Shown piece by piece: positions 52,415 through 63,250 of a stretch of DNA of 64,000 nt. Within the stretch, counting starts at the first letter, position 1. Each line of letters starts with the position of its first letter. The DNA comes from Octopus sinensis (lineage: Eukaryota). The notes beneath the pieces are model-generated. The model searched no databases. It was not told where the DNA came from and was given only the letters and a program-made list of their open reading frames with translations. A program made the position numbers and the translations under genes. The stretch is from NCBI RefSeq assembly GCF_006345805.1, contig NC_043003.1, forward strand, positions 52,948,001 to 53,012,000, given 5' to 3'.

Positions 52415-52996
52415 TCTTTTCTACTCTAGGTACAAGGCCTGAAATTTTGGGGGAGAGACCAGTCGATTAGATCGATCCCAGTACGCAATTGGTACTTAAT
52501 TTATCGACCTCAGAAGGATGAAAGGCAAAGTCGACCTCGGCAGAATTTGAACTCAGAACATAAAGACAGACGAAATACCTACTTCTTTACTACCCACAGG
52601 GGGCTAAACATAGAGTGGACAAACAAGGACAGACAAACGGATTAACTCAATTACATTGACCCCAGTGCGTAACTGGTACTTAATTTATCGACCTCGAAAG
52701 GATAAAAGGCAAAGTCGACCTCGGCGGAATTTGAACTCAGAACGTAGCGGCAGACGAAATACCTATTTCTTTATTACCCACAAGGGGCTAAACACAGAGG
52801 GTACAAACAAGGACAGACATAGGTATTAAGTCGATTACATCGACCCCAGTGCGTAACTGGTACTTAATTTATCGACCCCGAAAGGATGAAAGGCAAAGTC
52901 GACCTCGGCGGAATTTGAACTCACAACGTAACGCAGACGAAATACCGCTAAGCATTTCGCCCGGCGTGCTAACGTTTCTGCCAGCTCGCCGCCTTA
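52415..52996 (-). mobile_element. SINE family 1 trimer: one head and three bodies (184-bp period)
   Basis: Junctions at 52578/52579 and 52762/52763. The last unit carries tail B. Confidence 0.9.
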
Positions 52997-53411
52997 CGAA
53001 AGGCAACGAAAGCAGTATCAAAATGTCAATATATTGCCTAGGATCATGGCAACAACTTTACGGGAGAGAAGAAAGGCAATAAAACCGCATTCATATCTTT
53101 CTCAAATTTGTGGCTACATAAAGCCATGCCATTGAGAACGGTACCTATATTCAAAAACGCTCGTCTATAGTACAAGAAGAAGAATATTCTAAGTCCAGCT
53201 TGTAGACAACTGGTTCGGTTCATGTATATTATTGGTACGTATGTTATTACTCTGTATATTGAAGGTAGGCAAATCTGACACCGACTGCAATTGGGACTTA
53301 GAAGTGTTTCTTAAACTTCTCGAATTTTCTCTTACTAACTTTTCAACACTTTTTGCTACGATTCAACAAAATTAAATACACCACATATGCATTGGTGTAT
53401 GAATGTATATG

Positions 53412-53509
<98 letters not shown>

Positions 53510-54639
53510 CATTTGTGCGTGTGTGTATGTGTATATGGACAAGGTACGCGTATAGTGGCCCTCTTTTTTGCATATATGAAGATAAATTTTAACAGTGTCT
53601 TTTAAATTATATGCTTATTATTGCTTTCAATTTGCATTCTTTTTCAGTTTTTTTTTATTTACTCATTCACGATTCAGTACTTGTTATTGAAGAAGCCGTT
53701 TTGGGGATTGGGGTTAACAAGCAGTTGATCATTGTACTACATTTAAGTTAAATTTTCTGTACGGTAATTAATGAGTTTTTCAAAGCAGGCAGTACCATCC
53801 ACTTTGAGAAGTACCGACTGAGAAAGACATAATAATATTCTAGGTTTCGTTTTGTTCGTTTCCTAAATGCCTTCGCCATTGATATCGCATATTTATTGCT
53901 TGCAAATAAATATCATGATTTAAGAGAATTAGTAATAGTGATATAAATCAGGAACCCAACGAAATTATATTGTTGAAATCATGAATTTAGATCTATGGCA
54001 AGTGTTTCGTTTAGAATTGAGATGAAAATTTATTTTACATGAAAACTTTATTCTACATATTCTTCTTCGTATTGTTGAGAAACGCAACGGGAGCCTGAAG
54101 TGAAGAAAGTATAATGGAACACTGAAGTTATTTGCAAACTCGAAAATTGGATCTTGAGGCACATCAGAATTAAAGGAGTGTAGGTTAGAGAGAACCCCTT
54201 CTGGCAGGCAAGAAGCCACTGATTTAAGAGTTGAAGAATTGAGAGAGATCATATGCGAACAGTTTTACCATGAAATTCATTGCCAGGGTCTAGTAAATGT
54301 TGCTTATGTCGATTGCAACATCATTATTTTCACCTAAAATCACAAGGCGACGGTGCTCAGTTGCGCATGATATTAAAAACTACATGACCAGTATATCTGG
54401 CTTTTGAAATCCATGCTAGTGGTCATTAAGGAAGAATAAAAGGTTCAAGGTTTTGGAGGAGGGTGTTATTAATAGCTACCTCCATCACCTTTTAGATGTT
54501 GGAGGAGAGTACTATAGAATGATAGTTGGCGAGTTAACTTGCGAATATTATACATTGTACTATATTTTCCAAGATCGTGACGTATCACTTGAAGAGAAAG
54601 GGAGAGAGAGAAAATGAAAAGTTTAGTAATGACAGGGGT

Positions 54640-55350
54640 TAGCTTTAAGATACAATATTTGAATGTAAGGAAAAGGATGTTGTCAGATGTGCGGCCTTGT
54701 TGGTTGGAGCTATTTTCTGTGCTTGTTTTTAGTAGTCTAATTCTGGAATTTGTTGTATTTGGAATTTACTTAGATATTCCTTTGCCTATTTTGTTACTGA
54801 TTATGAGGCTTTCTTGTTTTCATGTTTTGAGACAAGTTTTAACATCCAGTCATCAGAGATTTTCAGGTAGGTCTCTAGGCCAATTGTGGAAATCTTCATT
54901 GTTAATTCCAATTGTAAAAGTCCACGGCCTCCCTCTTTTCTTGGCAGACAAAGTCGTTCTATATCTGCCTTAGTGTGGTGCATTGTCAACAATTTTCGTA
55001 TTTTTCTGTCAAGATTACATATTTCAATAACTGACAGTTAAGGATATTGATACTGATAGTCATGGCTGGTATGGCTAAAGTATTTATCGCTTCGATCCTG
55101 TTTCTTGCATCCAGCTCTGACTTGACTATTGCTCTTACCCTGCAGTAACATTCTCTTATGACCCTTTCCTTCAACACGGAATGTTTTATTCCGTCCCCTT
55201 CAAATACCCCTAGGTATTTGTAGCCCTCCGCTGGTTCTAATTCCTTTATGACATTCTGCTGGTCAAGATTAACATTGGATGTTTCTGTCATTTTTCCTTT
55301 GATAAAGGTAGCTTTTGCACATTTATCAAGGTCAAATCACATCCTGTCAT
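54640..55350 (-). mobile_element. Internal fragment of a divergent R4/Dong-like LINE lineage
   Basis: YKYLGVFEGD, INTLAIP and HHTKADIERLCLPRKEGGRGL are homologous to, but clearly diverged from, the 55551-60880 element. The 5'-truncated end abuts (TAA)n. Confidence 0.8.
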
Positions 55351-55357
55351 TATTATT

Positions 55358-55452
<95 letters not shown>

Positions 55453-55500
55453 TCTTCTTTTCTTCTTCTTCTTCTCTTCTTCTTCTTCTTCTTCTTCTTC

Positions 55501-55550
<50 letters not shown>
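55349..55550. repeat. Compound trinucleotide microsatellite (TAT)n(CAT)n(TCT)n(TAT)n
   Basis: Read directly. It separates two LINE copies. Confidence 0.97.
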
Positions 55551-55553
<3 letters not shown>

Positions 55554-58500
55554 TAGTTTTATTTTTTATAGCGTGCTTTCACTTCACTACCGAGCGCAGC
55601 TCTGTGTGCCTTGGGTATGTGCTGTGTGATTTGTTGTGATGCTCTGATGGTTATTGTATGGAAAGTGTTCTGCGTAGGATGTGTGCAGTGCCAGTAGTGC
55701 AATTTTCTGTATGTTATATGTGTTTGTAAGTCCTGGTGTTTTTGTTATGTATTTGTATGAATATTTTTTATCATGCCTAATGCACCTACTATGATAGGAA
55801 TTGTTTCTGTTTTTAGATTCCACATTCTGGTTACCTCTATTTCCAGTTCTTTGTATTTTGAGAGTTTCTCCATTTCTTTTAGAGACACGTTGTCATCTGC
55901 CAGTATTGATACATCAATTAGAAAGCATTTTTTTCCTTCATGATCTCTGACAACTATATCTGGTCTGTTGGCCTTAATTTCTCTATCTGTGTGTATCGGC
56001 ATATCCCAGAGTATGGTTGCTTTCTCATTTTCTGTGACCTTTTCTGGTGTGTGCCTATACCATCTTTTTTCTGTTGTTATTCCATAATGTTGGCATAGCT
56101 TCCGGTGTATGTAGGTCCCAACTCTGTCATGTCTGTGAATATATTCCTTCTTAGCCAGGACCGGGCAGCTAGAGATAACATGATTTATTGTTTCTTGTCC
56201 ATCTCCACATATTCTGCAGTTACTTGTTATATTTCTTTTCATTACATGTTTTTGGTAATTTCTGGTGGGGAGGCTTTGGTCTTGTGCTGCAATTAAAAAT
56301 CCCTCTGTCTCTGCTTTGAGTCCTGAGCTTCTCAACCATTGCTGGGATTTTTCTTTGTCTATTTCTTTTGCATTTAGTTTAGTCCAGTATTTACCGTGGA
56401 GGTGTTTTTCTTGCCATCGTTTTATCATGGTTCTTTGCTGTTCTAGTTTTAGTTTGGATTTCATTTGTTTTATAGCTTTTGTTGTTTCTTCTTCTTCTTC
56501 TTCTTCTTCTTCTTTTCTTCTTCTTCTTCTTCTTCTTCTTCTTCTTCTTCTTCTTCTCTCTTCTTCTTCTTCTTCTTCTTCTTCATATTTGTTAGGTGGT
56601 ATGATTTCTTGTTTGTATTTGTCAGCTTCCTTAAATACTGAGAACAGTTTTTTGTTTTGCTCGTGTTTTGCCGCTATTTGTATCAGTTTTCCTTCCTTCT
56701 GAAGTAGATATTCTTGCAGTCCTATGGTGGTTATTTTATAGTAGTTTTCCAGCTGTATAAGGCCTCTACCACTTCTATACGTTGTATATATAGTCTTTCT
56801 ATGTCAGATTTTGGGTGATGCATCCTAGACCCTGTCATTATTTTTCTTGTTTTCCTATCTATTTTGGTCAGTTCATTTAGTGTCCAGTTAAGAATATTGT
56901 AGCTGTAACTTATAACTGGGACGGCTAAAGTGTTAATACCAACGAGTTCAATAAGTAATGTCCCTGACCCACTTCCCATAGCAGTAGAGCAACGAAACTT
57001 GGCACAGTTATTAGTCTTTTTCTACATATGAACCACCCAGAGTTACGCATTTCTCCCATCGTTTGATGTAGCTCTGAAGACCGTTTTTGTAGAAGACCCC
57101 AGCTTGGTCCTCCAACCACGACGTGACTTCAGAAATCAAGGCTGCATCATCTGGGAAACGCTTTCCTTTCAAAAACAACTCATGGCTGGGAAGAGGTGAA
57201 AATCAGAGGGTGCAGGTCAGGAGAGTAGGGAGAATAGGGGATGAGTTCATAGCCGCACGCCTGTGCTTCTGATCTGGCGACACGCGAGTTGTGGATCGGA
57301 GCGTTGTCCTGCAGGAGGAAGATGCCTTTGCTGATCTTGCCCCGCCTCTTGATTTTGATAGCTTCTCTTAATTTCCTCAAAAGTGAAGCATAATAAACTC
57401 CTGTAATTGTGGCACCCTTTGCCAAGAAATCTGTCATCACTACTCCGTCCTGGTCCCAGAAGACTGTGAGCATGACCTTGCCAGCGGAGGGCTGCATCCT
57501 TGCCTTCTTTGGAGGAGGTGAGTCACGGTGCTTCCACTGCATTGACTGGGCTTTGGCCTCTGGATCATAGTGATGGACCCAGGTTTCATCCTGTGTAATC
57601 AGTCTTTTGAAAAATTTTGACTCATCTTCTTGGCACATCTTCAAATTCATCCTCGTGCAATCGATGCGTTCTTGCTTCTGGAAAGGTGTGAGCAGCCTGG
57701 GAATCCATCTGGCAGACACCTTTTGCATATGCAAATGGTCATGAATGATAGTTTCCACAGACCCGGTACTAATCTTGACCTCATGGGTTATTTGGCGAAT
57801 AGTTATGCGTCGATCTTCCAAAATGGCAGCCTCAACTTGACGGACAGATGCCTCATCAATGGCAGAAGGGGGCGACCAGATCTGGGAGCTGTTTCCACAA
57901 AGTTCCGACCATGTTTGAATTCACGATGCCAGCGTTTTACAAGGTCATATGATGGGGCATCATCACCATAAGTTACTTTTATTTCATCAAAAGTCTCCCG
58001 TTGTGTGCGTCCTTTCAAGTACAAAAAGCGGATCACTGCTCGACACTCAACAGGCTCCGTTTCACACTTGACTCAGTTCAAACACCTGTAAATCAGAAAC
58101 CACAATTAGTTCAGAGCTGTAATTTGCCACTTAATCTATAGAGATATAAATAATGGCACATGCAAAATTTCAGCTGCAAGTGGGTCAGAGGCATTACTTA
58201 TTGAACGCCCCTCGTATTATCTTGTTTTTAGCATTGAGCTCTGTTTTTTAGTATTGATCTGACTCGTCTATAATATTCTTTTTTTATTTTCTCTTTCATT
58301 TGTGTGTGTTGTATCTTATCTAGTTCATGGATTCCTAAGTATTTGTAAGTTTGGCTTTGGTCTAATTCTTTTATTTCATTGGTTTTATCTAGTGTGATGT
58401 TGCTACTCTTAACTAGTTTTCCTCTTTTCATGGTTACTTTGGCGCATTTTTCTAATCCAAATTTCATATCTATTTCTTTGGTAAATCCATGAAATGTCTT

Positions 58501-60880
58501 TAATAGTGTTTCCAGCTGTTTGTCATTTGCAGCGTATAGTTTTAGGTCATCCATATATAAAAGGTGGCTGATCGTTTTGCCGTAACATTTATATCCGCAT
58601 CCAGTTCTATTCAGCATTTCAGATAGAGGTGACAGTGCCAAGCAGAAAAGGAGTGGAGAGAGCGTGTCTCCCTGGAATATTCCTCTTCTAATGGGAATGG
58701 CTTTGGTTTTCATGAGTCCCTCTTTTGTTTGGAGCTGTAGCACTGTTTGCCATTTATTCATAGAGTGCCCAATGAATTTTATAATTGTTGGTGCTACTTT
58801 GTTAATGGCTAGTGTTTCGAGGATCCATGTGTGGGGGATGCTATCAAACGCCTTTTTGTAGTCAATCCAGGCCATACTGAGGCCTTTCTTCTTTCTGTAG
58901 CTGTCTTCAGTTATGGCTTTATTGATCATTAGTTGATCTTTACAGCCGTATGAGCCATTGCGGCATCCTTTCTGCTCTTCTGGAAACAGGTTGTTTTCGT
59001 CTAGGTGCTTGTTCAACCTTTGCGATATCACTGCAGTAAATGCCTTGCACATCGTAGGGAGACAGGTTTTTGGTCTGTAGTTTTCTGGTTTTGCTGTCTC
59101 ATTTGATTTGGGAATTAAGATGGTTTTCCCCTTCGTGAGCCATTCAGGCATTGTCTCTGGCTCTGCTAGTATGTTGTTAAAATTTTCAGCCAGCTTTTTG
59201 TGCATTCCTGTTAGATATTTCAACCAGAAGTTGGGGATCTTGTCATGCCCAGGTGCCTTCCAGTTGCTTAGTCTTTGCAGTGCCTGGGTGACCTCTTCAG
59301 TTGTTATGGGGGTCCAAAGTTGCTCAGATGCTGAGTTTGTTATTTCAATACTCCTTTTTTTTGGTTGTTCGTTCGCCGACCATATTTCTCTCCAGAATTC
59401 TTCCACTTCTTCTGCCGTTGGTGCTGCAGTGATTTCTATTTTATTTTTGCCAAGTTCTTGGTAGAACTTTTGGTGGTTGGAGTTGAACTTTTTGTTTTGT
59501 TCAAAGAAGCGCTGGCCTTTGTGCTTTGGCAAGGATATCTTGCTTTAGCTTTTCTTTTATCTCAGGTAAATCTTTTTGTGTGATGTATATGCGGAGTATT
59601 TTTGTTTTCTTTTTGTTGCTCAGTAGCGTTGATTGTCTACTGATTTCATTAAGAATCGACAGATCTTTTCTTATTTTTTGTATTTTGTTTTGGATGTTAT
59701 TTATCCACAGGGTTTGTTTGGGTGGTGGTACTCCTGTTTGGACGGGTTTGAGTGAGTATCCAGCTTCTTTTGTGGATGCAGTGGCTGCTGCGTATACTAA
59801 GTCATTTAGCTCAGTGATATCGCTTTTTGTTTCAGTGGCTATTAGTTCCGTGACGGCTAGGTTAATGCTGTTTATAATTGGTGTTGTTGTTTCGTCTATT
59901 TTGATTTTTTGGAGGTATGGTCGGTGGTCCATTTTGAGCTCTGTGGTTTTCAGTTCTTTGATTATTCTACTTTTTATATTATCATATTCATTAGGCTCCC
60001 ATTCATTGTTTCCAGGTTTTAGATTTGTGTCGTTTTCTTTCTTATTTGTATGTTTGTTTGTCGTGTTACATTTGTCTTCGTGTTTTACTGTTTCAGTGTT
60101 TATATTATTGGGCATTGTTGTCTGGCTTCTATCTACATTTTCTTGATGTATTTTTACTTTTAGATGTTCTATTTCTATTTCTGATATTTTTTTTGCGTTG
60201 AGAATATATCTCCGTATATTTGCTAGTTTGTTAGGGTTCAATGTTGTATCCAAGTCTATATTTATGTTGTTTTCCTTTCATATTTTATATGTATGTGTTG
60301 TTGTGTTTTCATTCTTTGGGTAGAGCACTGCTGTAAAATAAGCATGTAGGATAGAAATGTATTCCTCACGTGTCCATTTATGTCTTTTGGGTTTTATTTG
60401 CGGGACATGAGGGACAACGTCCGGCCCATTATTTTGACGGTCGTCATTTTCGTAGGGTACCGGTCCGTTCATTTCTGTTGTCACATTGTTTTGCACGTGT
60501 AGTTTTTCGTACATTTTATGTTGTAAGTTTAATGTACGTACTTCTCGATTGCTATTCTTGGGTTGAATAATATCGGTGTTATTTAATTTCTTCGTAGTTT
60601 TTTTGTACATGGTGTTTGGGGTCGGAGATGACGGGTCGTAATGTTCCGCACATGTTTACATGTGTTGTGTTCGAGGTGGAGATGATATCGAGTTAAAATA
60701 CATCATTTCGTTTCGAAAAAAGTAATAAATTTCAATGGGTATCACTTACTCAGATATAGTTCAATCCTTTGTCAAGAAATTTTTGGCTTCATACGATGTC
60801 TTTGTATTCGATGTTTGTGGATAGATTTCGGAGCGCTATTTTATCGCTCTCACATGTTTACGTCCCCGGTGTAATCTTGT
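55551..60880 (-). mobile_element. Near full-length R4/Dong-clade non-LTR retrotransposon (RT + CCHC finger + restriction-like endonuclease), disrupted
   Basis: N-terminal KWTREEY region. RT motifs KAPGHD, EQKGC..GCKDQL, IDYKKAFDSIPH, GIFQGDTLSPLLF, YMDDLKLY, FGLEKC and YKYLGI. C-terminal CRICGDGQETINHVISSC, RHD and RPDIV..IDVS..K..KY (RLE). No AP endonuclease. The 3' end ACTACTG runs into (AAT)n. Interrupted by stops, frameshifts, a mariner and a (GAA)n expansion. Confidence 0.9.
56943..58214 (-). mobile_element. Mariner (DD34D) transposon nested in the R4/Dong LINE; transposase pseudogene 57011-58060
   Basis: TIRs CGAG(GGGCG)TTCAATAAGTAATG..CTGACCCACTT at both ends, the left one lacking 5 nt. 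TA at 58215 and AA at 56941. Motifs WIPRLL, TQDETW, LQDNAPIH and YSPDL(A)PSD give 34-residue spacing after repairing a 1-nt deletion. Start codon mutated to ACG, with at least three frameshifts. Confidence 0.93.
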
Positions 60881-61352
60881 TCTTTTCTTCTTCTTCTTCT
60901 TCTTCTCTTCTTCTTTTCTTCTTCTTCTTCTTCTTCTTCTTCTTCTTCTTTCTTCTTCTTCTTCTTCTTCTTCTTCTTCTTCTTCTTCTTCTTCTTCTTT
61001 TTTTTTCTTCTTCTTCTTCGTCTTCTTCTTCTTCTTCTTCTTCTTCTTCTTCTTTTCTTCTTTCTTCTTCTTTTCTTTTCTTCTTCTTCTTCTTCTTCTT
61101 CTTCTTCTTCTTCTTCTTTTCTTCTTCTTCTTCTTCTTCTTCTTCTTCTTCTCTTCTTCTTTCTTCTTCTTCTTCTTCTTCTCTTCTTCTTCTTCTTCTT
61201 CTTTTCTTCTTCTTCTTCTTCTTCTTCTTTCTCTTCTTCTCTTCTTCTTCTTCTTCTTCTTCTTCTTCTTCTTCTTCTTCTTCTTCTTCTTCTTCTCTTC
61301 TTCTTCTTTTCTTCTTTTCTTCTTCTTCTTCTTCTTCTTATTATTATTATTA
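60881..61352. repeat. (TTC)n tract of about 460 bp followed by (TTA)n
   Basis: Pyrimidine-only on the + strand for about 458 nt, with TTTTC and TCTC slips. Confidence 0.97.
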
Positions 61353-61365
61353 TATTACATATTAT

Positions 61366-61790
61366 ATGTTTGACTTTTGTTTTATATTTGTACAAGTTGG
61401 CTCCAAGTCTCACCCGGAGACCTCAAGAGACAACAGGTTGGAAGTTCACGTTGTTGTTATGCCTAGTGTGCCATATATTTGGTTGTTTTTTGTGTTGTAC
61501 TGGTGGATGTCTTAAAAAAAACTGTTTGTTTTAAACCTTGAGATTACATAGAAAGTATTTTGCGTAGGATATGAGCAGTTCCCATGAACACTATCTTTTG
61601 AATTTCTGCCATTTTTGGGTTTCCTGGTATCTGAGTTAGGTAGCAATCAGCCCCTTTTGCTATCATTCCCAGGGCACCTATCACAACAGGTATTGTCTTA
61701 GTCATCAGGTTCCACATTTTGCTGATTTCTATTTCAAGATCTTTATATTTGCTCAGTTTTTGGTAGGTCTTGACAGATACGTTTATATCG

Positions 61791-61792
<2 letters not shown>
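61366..61792 (-). mobile_element. 5'-truncated 3' end of another R4/Dong-like lineage
   Basis: The minus strand reads DINVSVKTYQKLSKYKDLEIEISKMWNLMTKTIPVVIGALGMIAKG..GTAHILRKILSM*, followed by a 3' UTR unlike that of the main element. (TTA)n lies on both sides. Confidence 0.8.
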
Positions 61793-61865
<73 letters not shown>

Positions 61866-61868
<3 letters not shown>

Positions 61869-62210
61869 TAGTTTTATTTTTATAGAGTGCTTTCACTTCA
61901 CTACCGAGCGCAGCTCTGTGTGCCTTAGGTATGTGCTGTGATTTTCTGTGATGCTCTGATGGTTATTGTATGGAAAGTGTTCTGCGTAGGATGTGTGCAG
62001 TGCCCAGTAGTGCAATTTTCTGTATGTTATATGTGTTTGTAAGTCCTGGTGTTTTTGTTCTGTATTTGTCTGAATATTTTCTTATCATGCCTAATGCGCC
62101 TACTATGATAGGAATTGTTTCTGTTTTTAGATTCCACATTCTGGTTACCTCTATTTCCAGGTCTTTGTATTTTGAAAGTTTCTCCATTTCTTTTAGAGAC
62201 ACATTGTCAT
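61866..62210 (-). mobile_element. 5'-truncated copy of the same family as the 55551-60880 LINE
   Basis: The 3' UTR and ORF end (KYKDLEIEVTRMWNLKTETIPIIVGALG..GTAHILRRTLSIQ*) are nearly identical to 55551-55900. (TTA)n flanks both ends. Confidence 0.9.
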
Positions 62211-62212
62211 AA

Positions 62213-62251
<39 letters not shown>

Positions 62252-62399
62252 AACCATAAGAAGAGCACGACTGTGATTGATAAAAGAGATTGACTCTGTT
62301 TATTAAAATGAAAAGGAAACAAATGAACAATATTTCCATGTGTCTTTTGCCAGTTCTAAATATAAAATGAAATGAAATAAAAAAAAATAGGAAACGCTC

Positions 62400-63250
62400 A
62401 TTCAAAATTGAACCAGAATAACTGCGTTTCTTTTCACATATAACGACGTCATCAGTCTTTGGTATTTCATAAAAGGTAGCAGAAGGAAGGAAAGAAAGAC
62501 AAAACAAAAAGAAAGGAAAGAATTGGGAAAATAAAATTTATTCAGTCAAAAAGTTTAGTGTAAATATGGTGGAATTCACCTCCCTTTTTATTGATTCCTC
62601 TAGGTGGAGATGTCAACAGTTCACAAATATATCTATCCTCATGGGTTTTGAGGACTGAAAGCGCAGTGGAGTGAGGGTATTTTATGAGAATGTGCACCTT
62701 CAGGTCTTCCTCAAAATTACACCCGTTTGATGTGAAATGTTCCGCATGTTCTGTGGAATCACTGTTATTGTGCCTGACGTCGTACCTACGTCCGTTAAAT
62801 CTTTTTTTATAATCGTTCTGTTGCTCAGCCAACATAAACCATTTTGCGTTTGGCACTTCCACCGCATACACCAAATGGGAATCCTTACAGGTCCCTCCTT
62901 CTGTGTAAGTCATAACATTTCTGTTATAATTCTTGATGGAATTGGTCTGATACGTGTTATTGCACAACGAACAGGGCTTACCTCCTTTTTTGTGTGTTTT
63001 TGGAGGGTACAGCGTTCAGAAACAGCGATGGAGTCTTTATTTGAGGTACTGGTCAAAATTTCTCTAATATTCTTATTACGGCTACAATAGCCGGAAGAGG
63101 AAATATTTGAAGATATTTTTCTGAAATATGTTGGAAACTGTCATGTAACACTTTTGAAATGCCAGCGAAACTTCGGTGCCAGTTAATCATTAAAGGAATT
63201 CGGCCATAAGCATTTTTCTGACTTTATTTTTTGTAGTATTTCACTCAAGG
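62400..63250 (-). mobile_element. Penelope-like element 3' fragment (linker, GIY-YIG endonuclease, start of terminal repeat)
   Basis: RIPLMINWH, RNKNIREILT, KPCSLC and GTCKDSHLVYAVE, then after a 1-nt frameshift KMVYVG, ..RFNG, HFTSNG, EDRYICELLTSPPRGIN. This is the Penelope GIY-YIG layout. Confidence 0.8.

Noticed and set aside
52415-52996. Regularly spaced direct repeats resembling a CRISPR array or satellite
   Set aside because: The whole 184-bp unit repeats, there are no unique spacers or cas genes, and the context is a eukaryotic SINE.
59108-60146. + strand ORFs over the LINE and mariner region
   Set aside because: They are antisense shadows of the minus-strand transposon ORFs.
60769-61515. 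Poly-S/F/L and poly-R/K/E ORFs
   Set aside because: These are translations of the (TTC)n tract.
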